A DNA stretch of 48,117 bases from Tepidisphaerales bacterium (GCA_038224615.1 JBBRFH010000001.1:1-48117), one strand, 5' to 3'; counted from the first letter of the stretch, positions 18,142 to 25,752 are shown. The notes: generated from the sequence alone by a model not told the origin. Translations and numbers: made by a program.

Positions 18142-20457
18142 ATGTCCGTACGGGCGATCAAATCCAGAGTCATCTGCGATCGGAAAATACTCGAGTCCCT
18201 TTGGCGGACGCACACCGTTTTCAATGAGCGGTTGCGACAAGTGGTTCGTCTGTTATTCAAGATGAGACGCGGCGAGTTCGGCGCTTCACCAGCACTTAGG
18301 CAGCTCTATCGAACGATTGCGTTGCACATAACCCATCTGGAATCGCAAAGCGCTCCCTACTTGCTTCACTCGGTCAGCATCAAAAACTGGACTTCGAACA
18401 CCGCTAAAAAAATCAAACCGGTCAATGTTCATGTTGATGGAAAGGACCGCACGATTGCCGTTGAAGAGTGGGTAGATCGCGCTGAAGAATTGTTAGCGAA
18501 CGGCCAGTTGGCTTACGACAAGAAGGAAATGATGGGCGATCTCCCCGGGTGTATGCAGAATATGTTGACGCGTGAAGCTGTCGCAGTCATCTCCGGACAC
18601 AATGAATTGACGACTTTGTGGAAAAAAGAACACGAGCAATGGTTGAAGGACAAAGAGGCGTGGGAAGCTGGAGACGAACAGAAGAAGTACCTCGCCGTGA
18701 AGTGCCATTTCGACGCGTTTGAGGAATTGGTCGGTGGGAAGATCCGGCAACGGCGCGGACGTTGGCACAAGTATCTGGACTTCCTTCGATCACTCCCACA
18801 ACTCGCGGCGTGGCGCGGTGGTGAAGCGAAGGTCAACGAACTCGATGATGCCGCGCTCAAACTCATCGCCAAGGCTCGTCTGCACAAGCGTCGTTCTGTC
18901 GAAGCCGAGGAGTTCTGGTCACGCAACCCCGAACTTCGCGCCCTCGATAAACTTCACGGAGATTACGAAAAGAAGTTCATGCGCCGAGGGAAACCAAAAC
19001 GCAATCCAGATGGTTTCAAGCACCCCCCGACGTTTACCGAGCCTCATCCGACGCTTCATCCACGTTGGTTCGTATTCAACGCGCCCCAAACGAAGCCGCC
19101 GGGTTGGCGAAACCTCTGCATCCCCGGTGCCGCTTCCACGACCGGAAGTATCGATCTGCAACTGCTTACCGGCGACAAAGTCGACCATGCCTACCCTGCA
19201 GCGTGGTCAACCATTCAATTCAAGGCTGATCCACGACTCTGCGACTTTCGACCGACCCTGGTGAAGACAATCACCACCAAAGGAAAGAACAAGGGGCAGG
19301 AGAAGACTAAGGCGTCATTCCTGTTCCATGATCGTCAGTTGAAAATTGCTCGCCCGGCAAACATCTCCGGCACCAAGCTGATCTTCAAGTTGGGCGCCGA
19401 CGGACACCCAGTCGCCGCATTCCTTGTGTTCACCTGCGACATCGACAATCAACCGCTCACCGAAAAAGCCAAGGAGACCAAGAATGAATTCTCCGAAGAA
19501 CGCAATAGCAGAGGCAAGTCCAAGTTTCTTGGACGCAAGACACCCGACGGCTTGATCTCCCTCTCGGTCGACATCGGCATTCGCCACATCGGGTTTGCAT
19601 CGCTCGCCCGGTGGAACAGGGACCAATTGAAAGTCGAGCTGATCCGCGCGCGGAATATTCGGATTGATTCGCCAGAATCGGGTTCACCTGACCTCGCAGC
19701 GCTCGCCGCACACAAAAAGCTACTTCGTCGTCGCCGCAGCCAACGGGGCGATCCGATCAGGGGCGAAAAGTCACACGTCGAATTACAGCAGCATATCGAC
19801 CACATGGCCGAAGACCGCTTTAAAAAGGCCGCCCGTGCCATCATCAATCTGGCGCTCAACGCGTCCGGCGATATAGACAAGAAGACTGGCCACCCCTTTC
19901 CGCGCGCCGACATCCTCATTCTTGAGAACCTTGCCAATCTATTGCCCGATGCCGAAAAGGAGCGCGGTATCAACTCATCGCTGATTGAGTTTAACCGCGG
20001 TCAGCTCGTCGATCGTGTAAAACAAGTCGCCGAAGACGTCGGCCTAAAGTTGTTTGAGGTCAGCCCGGTAGGAACGAGTCAAGTCTGTCATCGGTGTGGC
20101 GGACTGGGTCGTAGATACTCCATCAAAAGGGAAGCCGAGTCCAAAGGTCAACGGAAGCGTCCGGTCATCCATTTTGGCGTGACCGAATCACTTTTTGCAT
20201 GTCCAAAGTGTCCTGCCTTGGGAATGAAGCACGCCAACGCTCCGTTCACATGCAACTCCGACTATAACGCAGCCATGAACATACAACGCCGGTTCTACCT
20301 CGGCGATTCCGCCGTCAGTGCGTACCCGGTCGGGCAAGCGAACAAAGCAAAGCGAGACGCAGCCTATCTGGTCATTGATACTGCTCTGAGTCAACGACTT
20401 CGAAAACTGCATAACCTAAACTCGCCTGAAGAATCGGTGGGAGATTTGCCTTGGTAA
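18142..20457 (+). CDS. cas12: compact type V CRISPR effector, Cas12b-like (771 aa)
   Basis: RuvC-I LSVDIGIRHIG (D477, nt 19570-19572). Arg-rich bridge helix KKLLRRRRSQRG. RuvC-II ADILILENL (E595, nt 19924-19926). Zinc ribbon C649xxC652...C687xxC690. RuvC-III CNSDYNAAMNIQ (D707, nt 20260-20262). The N-terminus MSVRAIKSRV..LWRTHTVFNE and the segment HIDHMAEDRFKKAARAIINLAL resemble Cas12b as I remember it. A CRISPR array lies 397 nt downstream on the same strand. Confidence 0.9.
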   Translation: MSVRAIKSRVICDRKILESLWRTHTVFNERLRQVVRLLFKMRRGEFGASPALRQLYRTIALHITHLESQSAPYLLHSVSIKNWTSNTAKKIKPVNVHVDGKDRTIAVEEWVDRAEELLANGQLAYDKKEMMGDLPGCMQNMLTREAVAVISGHNELTTLWKKEHEQWLKDKEAWEAGDEQKKYLAVKCHFDAFEELVGGKIRQRRGRWHKYLDFLRSLPQLAAWRGGEAKVNELDDAALKLIAKARLHKRRSVEAEEFWSRNPELRALDKLHGDYEKKFMRRGKPKRNPDGFKHPPTFTEPHPTLHPRWFVFNAPQTKPPGWRNLCIPGAASTTGSIDLQLLTGDKVDHAYPAAWSTIQFKADPRLCDFRPTLVKTITTKGKNKGQEKTKASFLFHDRQLKIARPANISGTKLIFKLGADGHPVAAFLVFTCDIDNQPLTEKAKETKNEFSEERNSRGKSKFLGRKTPDGLISLSVDIGIRHIGFASLARWNRDQLKVELIRARNIRIDSPESGSPDLAALAAHKKLLRRRRSQRGDPIRGEKSHVELQQHIDHMAEDRFKKAARAIINLALNASGDIDKKTGHPFPRADILILENLANLLPDAEKERGINSSLIEFNRGQLVDRVKQVAEDVGLKLFEVSPVGTSQVCHRCGGLGRRYSIKREAESKGQRKRPVIHFGVTESLFACPKCPALGMKHANAPFTCNSDYNAAMNIQRRFYLGDSAVSAYPVGQANKAKRDAAYLVIDTALSQRLRKLHNLNSPEESVGDLPW

Positions 20458-20502
20458 ATGACCGCGAACTCGGTAACATACCCCCTTCGCGTTCGTGCTT
20501 CG

Positions 20503-20540
20503 GCACCGCCGACCACAGCTATATGCAAGGTCGGTGGCGC
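20503..20540 (+). other. stable hairpin just 3' of cas12
   Basis: GCACCGCCGACC / GGTCGGTGGCGC stem (9 contiguous pairs including one G.U, plus 2 outer pairs) with a 14-nt loop. Its left arm contains CCGCCGA, complementary to repeat nt 26-32 (TCGGCGG). Confidence 0.5.
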
Positions 20541-20854
20541 GAGTAATACTGTGTTTGAGTGTCAACAGCCGTTGAGTCGAAGGCCGCCTCAATCGAGAAG
20601 GCCGAAAAGACATTATGGAGTCGGAGCAATCCGACCGAGGCGACGGTGACGCACAGTGAGTCGATCTTAGACAACCGAACCGATTGCGCGTGGTGACGTG
20701 GTGCGCGATTTGCCGGGGTTCCGCGAACCATCGTTCCGAAAGGGATTTGTGGAAGATCTTCCGGCTAATTTGGATACGGTCCGTACACGATTTTTCGAAC
20801 CTCGCGTATCCGTGATCCTAACTGATCGTCAATCAAGTTTTTCGACGAGGGTGG

Positions 20855-21178
20855 AATGCAGCGATTCGGACGGATTTGATCGGCGGACACGGATTGCTTG
20901 CTACACTCCGCCGCACCATTACATTCAATGCAGCGATTCGGACGGATTTGATCGGCGGACACCAGCGGCCTCAACCTGAAAAACCCGAACCCCAAAGCAA
21001 TGCAGCGATTCGGACGGATTTGATCGGCGGACACCGGGCCATACTCTTCGTCGAATCCCACAATCGTGCCAATGCAGCGATTCGGACGGATTTGATCGGC
21101 GGACACCAAGCCCTTGACCCCAGCGGCATGATATTGTGTGACAATGCAGCGATTCGGACGGATTTGATCGGCGGACAC
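20855..21178 (+). CRISPR. CRISPR array, 5 identical 36-nt repeats and 4 spacers of 36 nt
   Basis: Repeat AATGCAGCGATTCGGACGGATTTGATCGGCGGACAC at 20855, 20927, 20999, 21071 and 21143, an exact 72-nt period. The four spacers are unique. The strand given is the favoured one, not a proven one. Confidence 0.95.
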
Positions 21179-21213
21179 CGGGACAGTGCTGATCGACGAG
21201 TGCGAGAATAGAT

Positions 21214-21269
21214 TGAAGGGGACGTAAGTCGTCAAAGAAATAGTACAATGAATATCTACGTCCCCTTCA
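21214..21269. repeat. perfect 13-bp inverted repeat with AT-rich 30-nt loop
   Basis: TGAAGGGGACGTA (21214-21226) and TACGTCCCCTTCA (21257-21269), 36 nt after the last CRISPR repeat. Confidence 0.7.
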
Positions 21270-21324
21270 TCTCTTCCAACTGATCGCGCAGGTCGACTGA
21301 AGCGTTCCAAGCACCCAGACCTCG

Positions 21325-21352
21325 CCGCGCCCGCAGCGCGGTCTTTTTATTT
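21325..21352 (+). terminator. intrinsic terminator downstream of the CRISPR array
   Basis: CCGCGC-ccgca-GCGCGG stem followed by TCTTTTTATTT. No A-run lies upstream, so it is plus-strand specific. Confidence 0.65.
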
Positions 21353-21384
21353 AAGAGGAACAAAGAATCGCGAGCGCGTGAAGG

Positions 21385-21512
21385 GCGCGAAGCAGAACGC
21401 GAAGCGAAGACGGGAACCACAGATTTCACAGATGACACAGATTAGAAACAAATCAATCTGTGAAATCTGTGCAATCTGTGGTTCCAAAGCATTTCTCTGC
21501 TTCGCGGTTCTC
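21385..21512. repeat. composite long palindrome (CGCGAAG plus CACAGAT units), copy c3
   Basis: GCGCGAAGCAGAACGCGAAGCGAAGACGGGAACCACAGATTTCACAGATGACACAGATT .. AATCTGTGAAATCTGTGCAATCTGTGGTTCCAAAGCATTTCTCTGCTTCGCGGTTCTC. Confidence 0.8.
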
Positions 21513-21526
21513 TGGGTGCCAACAAA

Positions 21527-21563
21527 AACGCCGAGCCCGGTTGAGCTCGGCGTTTGCGTGTTT
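21527..21563. terminator. bidirectional-looking intrinsic terminator
   Basis: An AAAAA run, the AACGCCGAGC / GCTCGGCGTT stem, then TTGCGTGTTT. Confidence 0.55.
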
Positions 21564-21866
21564 AGTGTCGGGGGGTGAGAAGGGAGGGGGGGACCCTTCT
21601 CGGGGGACACCCCCGACAAACCGACCCTTCGGCGATCAACCGCGTGGCCGGTGTTCAGTCATGTTCGTGTACGACTGATGTGTTGAATATAGGCTCTACA
21701 TTCGTTCGGTCAAATAAGAAATTTCCCGTTCCAAAAGCAGACCCATTTCGTTTTTATTTTGTCGCAGTGCCATGGTCATGCGTCGATGCGTTTACGCGGA
21801 TGCTTGACGCGTGTGACGAACCGCTGAAGCACGCGGCTTGCGGGGTGAACACGCGTCGGTGAAGCT

Positions 21867-22607
21867 ATGACGCAGGTGAAATCAAACGCAAATCCCATGA
21901 TGCATCACGGGGTGATCCTTCTCCAAATGGTCATCGCCGCGGCGCTGTCGGATGCAGTGCGCGCCGACGAATCGGCGTTGATCCGCCTCGCCGACGACGG
22001 CCGCTCGCTGCAGACCGCGGTTCGGATGTATACGCACCCGGCCCGCGTGTCGCTGGCGCTCGTCGGCACGGTGCATGTTGCGTCTGCGGAATACTTCGCG
22101 CGGGTCCAGGCGATGCTGCCGGCGTTCGACAGCGTGCTGGTCGAAGGCATCCGCCGGCCGAGCGGGACGCCGGTAACGGTTTCGCACGATTACGCGCCTT
22201 CGCTCGGGCTGGTGCAGCAGACGCTTTCGCTCTCGTTGAGCGCCCCGAACGTCATCCTCGCTGACCTCGACGCCGCTGCGTACGACCGCGTGCGTAGCCA
22301 GGCGGTCGCGCTCCCGTTGATGACGCCCCCGGCGCGCCGAGCACTGTCCGATGGCTTGATGACGCTCGCGACAGATGCGCAGGCGCTGGCCGCGGTCCAA
22401 AAAGCGTATGCCATCCGCGAGCGCGACGCCGTCGTGATCAACACCCTCCGCCAGCGCCTCGCCCGCGGCGACTCTTCGATCGCGCTGCTCTACGGCGTCG
22501 CTCACGGCCCGGACCTGCATGAGCGATTGCTCAAACTCGGTTTCACGGTCCAGTCCACCCAATGGATCGACGCCTTCCAAGTCGACGCCGCATTGAACTT
22601 TGAATGA
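21867..22607 (+). CDS. TraB/GumN-family protein, probably secreted
   Basis: LALVGTVHVASAEYF (GTxH motif) and ALLYGVAHGPDLHERL near the C-terminus resemble TraB/GumN family proteins. Hydrophobic N-terminus. Confidence 0.55.
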   Translation: MTQVKSNANPMMHHGVILLQMVIAAALSDAVRADESALIRLADDGRSLQTAVRMYTHPARVSLALVGTVHVASAEYFARVQAMLPAFDSVLVEGIRRPSGTPVTVSHDYAPSLGLVQQTLSLSLSAPNVILADLDAAAYDRVRSQAVALPLMTPPARRALSDGLMTLATDAQALAAVQKAYAIRERDAVVINTLRQRLARGDSSIALLYGVAHGPDLHERLLKLGFTVQSTQWIDAFQVDAALNFE

Positions 22608-22617
22608 TTGGAGCGTC

Positions 22618-22776
22618 GAACCGCGAAAGCGCGAAGGACGCGGAGAGAAGCGGGGGAACCGCAGATTACGCAGATTACGCAGATTCAGAAAAAACCAATT
22701 AATCTGCGTAATCTGCGGTTCCAAAGCATTTTCTCTGCTTTGCGTTTTCTTCGCGTCCTTTGCGCTTTCGCGGTTC
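22618..22776. repeat. composite long palindrome (CGCGAAG plus CGCAGATTA units), copy c4
   Basis: A ~160-nt imperfect palindrome: GAACCGCGAAAGCGCGAAGGACGCGG..GGAACCGCAGATTACGCAGATTACGCAGATT / AATCTGCGTAATCTGCGGTTCC..CGCGTCCTTTGCGCTTTCGCGGTTC. Confidence 0.85.
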
Positions 22777-22853
22777 ATGATTTCAGCTTGGGACGTCCAT
22801 GTGCGACAATCTGCCACAGTGGGGGTCGGAGGTTGGAACGGTATGGTTCGGGG

Positions 22854-24332
22854 ATGCGTGTAAGCGTCGAACGGCTTGAAAATCGTCAGCATCTCAGCGG
22901 CTCGGTGTACGCCATCAACTTTCAGCCCGGCGACGTCCCGCGCGCGCCGGGGATGCTGACCGACTACGGCGCGACCTACGCGATTCGTCGAGGCGGTTAC
23001 TCGTACGGCTGGGACGTCGATTCCACCGCCGCGGCGGTCGATCGCAACGTCACCCAGGTGCAACGCAACGACACCTTCATCGCCATGCAGTCCGGCGGCG
23101 TGAATCGCACCTGGAGCATGGCCGTCGATAACGGAGTCTACAGCGTCTACGTTGTCGGCGGCGATCCGGCGGCGTTCAACGACCGCATGGCCATCACCGT
23201 CGAAGGGCAGGTCGCGGCCTCGGGTATCACGCGGTCGTCGCGCCGTTACCTCGAGGGCAGCGTCGAAGTCTCCGTCAGCGACGGCAAGATCACCCTCGGC
23301 AACGCGGCGTGGGCGGTGAGCGATAAGCTCGCCTACCTCGCGATTCAATGGGTGAAGGATCTCCCGCCCGTCGATCCACCGATTGTCGATCCACCCATCG
23401 TCAATCCGCCCATCGTCGATCCCACCGTCGGCAAGACGCTGGCCTGGAAGACGACGACCTCCCTCCCGCAAGCCAAGGCCGAAGCGTTCAGCGCCGCGGT
23501 CGACGGCAAGCTTTACGCGTTCGGCGGGTACTTCGACAGCACGTTCCTCGCCACCGACAGCGCGTACGCGTTCAACCCCGCGACGCGCATGTGGGCGACG
23601 CTCCGCGCACTGCCGCTGAAAGTCGCCCAAGCCGCCACCGCGAGCGATAGTCGTTATGTCTATTTCGCCGGCGGGTACGTCACCAGCGGCTCGGCGCAGA
23701 CGTTTGCGACCAAGAAGGCCTACCGCTACGACACTGCGACCGACACCTACGCCGCGCTTCCCGATTTGCCCGCCGCCCGTGGGCCGGGCGCGATGGCGAT
23801 CGTCGGGCGGTCGCTCATGTTCCTCGGGGGGGGGGATTCCAGTCGCAAGGACGTCGCGACCGTTTACGCGCTCGACCTCGACAACACCGCCGCCGGTTGG
23901 CAGTCACGGGCGTCGATGCCGGCGGCGCGCAATCGCTTCGGTGTCGCGGTCACCGGCGGCAGTCTCTATGTCGTCGGCGGGCAGACCGCCAACGACGCCG
24001 CCGCCGTCTACTCGAGCAGCGTCTGGCGCTACGACGTATCGACCGACGCATGGACGCCGCTGGCGTCGATGCCGACCGCGCGCTCGCACATCGCCGCCAG
24101 CACGCTGGTGCTCAACGGCAAGATCGTCGTCGCGGGAGGCGAAGGCGCGGGACGCAAGGCGCTGAACAAGGTCGAGCGCTACAACCCGGCCACCAATACG
24201 TGGTCCACCCTCACGTCGCTCCCCGCGACGCGCTTCAGCGGCATCTCGGGTGTCATCGACGGCAAGCTCTACTTCGCCGGCGGGTACAACGGGGCGTTCT
24301 CCAAGTCGACCTGGGCAGGTACGTTCGCCTGA
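22854..24332 (+). CDS. Kelch-repeat beta-propeller protein with N-terminal carbohydrate-binding-like domain
   Basis: ORF 22608..24332 trimmed to ATG 22854 (MRVSVERLENRQHLSGS). A (PPIVD)x4 linker sits at about 23370-23430. Six Kelch blades are visible (GKLYAFGGY, YVYFAGGY, SLMFLGGG, SLYVVGGQ, KIVVAGGE, KLYFAGGY). Confidence 0.8.
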   Translation: MRVSVERLENRQHLSGSVYAINFQPGDVPRAPGMLTDYGATYAIRRGGYSYGWDVDSTAAAVDRNVTQVQRNDTFIAMQSGGVNRTWSMAVDNGVYSVYVVGGDPAAFNDRMAITVEGQVAASGITRSSRRYLEGSVEVSVSDGKITLGNAAWAVSDKLAYLAIQWVKDLPPVDPPIVDPPIVNPPIVDPTVGKTLAWKTTTSLPQAKAEAFSAAVDGKLYAFGGYFDSTFLATDSAYAFNPATRMWATLRALPLKVAQAATASDSRYVYFAGGYVTSGSAQTFATKKAYRYDTATDTYAALPDLPAARGPGAMAIVGRSLMFLGGGDSSRKDVATVYALDLDNTAAGWQSRASMPAARNRFGVAVTGGSLYVVGGQTANDAAAVYSSSVWRYDVSTDAWTPLASMPTARSHIAASTLVLNGKIVVAGGEGAGRKALNKVERYNPATNTWSTLTSLPATRFSGISGVIDGKLYFAGGYNGAFSKSTWAGTFA

Positions 24333-24469
24333 CACCCGGACACACGCGCTCAAACTGATGGTCCGCGCTTCCCTTACGCCACGATGGTATTCATCCATTC
24401 ATCCGGATTAACGGATTGATGCCTTTGGGGTCGATGTGCTATTGTGTCCAGTCGAACGGAGTTTGCCGC

Positions 24470-25339
24470 ATGCGTGTGGACCAGTTGCTGAAGACCGGAA
24501 AGCCGACGATCTCGTTTGAATTCTTCCCACCCAGGACGGAGGAGGGGTTTAACGCGCTCTACCAGACGATCGAGGAACTGCGTCCCCTGGCGCCCAGCTA
24601 CGTCTCGGTGACGTACGGAGCCGGCGGGAGCACGCGGACCAAGACGCTGGAACTGGCGGGGCGGATCCAGAACGAGATCAAGTTTAACACTGTCGCCCAC
24701 CTGACGTGCGTCGGGCACACCGCCGACGAGATCGGGCAGATCCTCGACCAGTTGTGGGATAGCGGCATCCGCAACATCCTCGCGCTCCGCGGCGACCCAC
24801 CTGCGGGTGGGCAGTGGGTCAAGACGCCCGGCGGATTCGAGCAGGCGGCGGAGCTGGTCAGCTACGTCCGCCGGCGCCACGATTTCTTCGTCGCCGTCGC
24901 GGGATTCCCGGAAGGGCACCCACAGTGCCTCAATCGCACGCGCGACCTCGAAAATCTCAAGGCCAAGGTCGATTCCGGCGCCAGCGCGGTCGTCACGCAG
25001 TTGTTCTTCGATAACAACGATTTCCACCGCTTCCGCGACGACTGTGAACGCATCGGTATCAAGGCTTCGATCATCGCAGGCATCATGCCGATCAATAACG
25101 TGAGCCAGATCAAGCGGTTCGTGACGATGTGCGGCTCGAAGATCCCGATGCCGCTGCTGAAAAAGCTCGAGCGTATCGAGCACGACGCCGACGCCGTCTA
25201 CAAGGCTGGCATCGACTACGCGACCAACCAGTGCCGCGACCTGCTCTTCCACGATGTCGCCGGCCTGCACTTCTACACGCTCAACAAGAGCCGCGCGACG
25301 ACGGACATCGTCAAACAGCTCAACGCGCCGCACGCCTGA
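24470..25339 (+). CDS. metF: methylenetetrahydrofolate reductase
   Basis: ISFEFFPPRTEEG, VSVTYGAGGSTR, HLTCVGH and ILALRGDPP are MetF signatures. ATG 24470 is preferred over the track start. Confidence 0.92.
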   Translation: MRVDQLLKTGKPTISFEFFPPRTEEGFNALYQTIEELRPLAPSYVSVTYGAGGSTRTKTLELAGRIQNEIKFNTVAHLTCVGHTADEIGQILDQLWDSGIRNILALRGDPPAGGQWVKTPGGFEQAAELVSYVRRRHDFFVAVAGFPEGHPQCLNRTRDLENLKAKVDSGASAVVTQLFFDNNDFHRFRDDCERIGIKASIIAGIMPINNVSQIKRFVTMCGSKIPMPLLKKLERIEHDADAVYKAGIDYATNQCRDLLFHDVAGLHFYTLNKSRATTDIVKQLNAPHA

Positions 25340-25483
25340 TTTCGTGTTGTTGGCACAGCGGCGGAGTTCAAGAAACTTGGTGCAGGCCGCCCGCTTCGCG
25401 CTCGGCCGTCTCGTGTCGACGAAATCGCCGGCGAGCGCGATCGAAGACGCTCGACAGTAGTCGCGGATTTTTAGTGGAAGAGC

Positions 25484-25590
25484 AGAGACACGAAGGCACG
25501 AAAGCCACGAAGTTCATCGCGAAGAAATACATTGCACAACAATTGCCTTCTTCGTGGCTTCCTTCGTGGCTTTCGTGCCTTCGTGTCTCT
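25484..25590. repeat. hairpin repeat built from CACGAAGG units (copy d1)
   Basis: AGAGACACGAAGGCACGAAAGCCACGAAG .. CTTCGTGGCTTCCTTCGTGGCTTTCGTGCCTTCGTGTCTCT. Confidence 0.85.
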
Positions 25591-25752
25591 GTCGCATCGA
25601 GGCCAACCGCGGCGAACTCCACCTCACCCAACAGCACAACGGCTTCGACATCGAAATCGCGCATCCACGACGATGTGATGCTGTTCAGCTACGACGGCAA
25701 TCAGGCGAAATTCGTAGCGTGTACCAGTAGACCGATGTTATAGTTGAGTACG

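Noticed and set aside
17851-18265. Small ORFs upstream of cas12 (17851-18039 and 18083-18265), and 20458-20649 downstream, as possible accessory cas genes
   Set aside because: They show no similarity to Cas1, Cas2 or Cas4 motifs. One overlaps the cas12 start in another frame. All lie in regions better explained as non-coding RNA or leader sequence.
18142-20457. Interpreting the 771-aa protein as an IS200/IS605 TnpB
   Set aside because: The protein is about twice the usual TnpB size, with a ~470-aa N-terminal REC/WED region. There is no tnpA and no recognisable IS ends. A CRISPR array lies 397 nt downstream on the same strand. A Cas12 call is better supported.
20730-20749. Degenerate repeat-like stretch ATCGTTCCGAAAGGGATTTG upstream of repeat 1
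   Set aside because: Only a 7-mer (GGATTTG) matches exactly, and the stretch is out of register with the 72-nt period. This is within chance expectation for a 400-nt GC-rich region.
20765-21310. ORFs of 181, 111 and 107 aa crossing the CRISPR array (also 20876-21211 and 20925-21248)
   Set aside because: Their periodic peptide repeats (VSADQIRPNRCI / AAIRTDLIGGH) are simply translated CRISPR repeats.
21575-21862. 95-aa ORF upstream of the TraB-like gene
   Set aside because: It starts inside the G-rich hairpin and crosses an AT-rich, promoter-like stretch. There is no supporting motif.
21882-23630. 582-aa minus-strand ORF
   Set aside because: It runs antisense through the TraB-like gene, a long palindromic repeat and the Kelch gene, and cannot be a single real gene.
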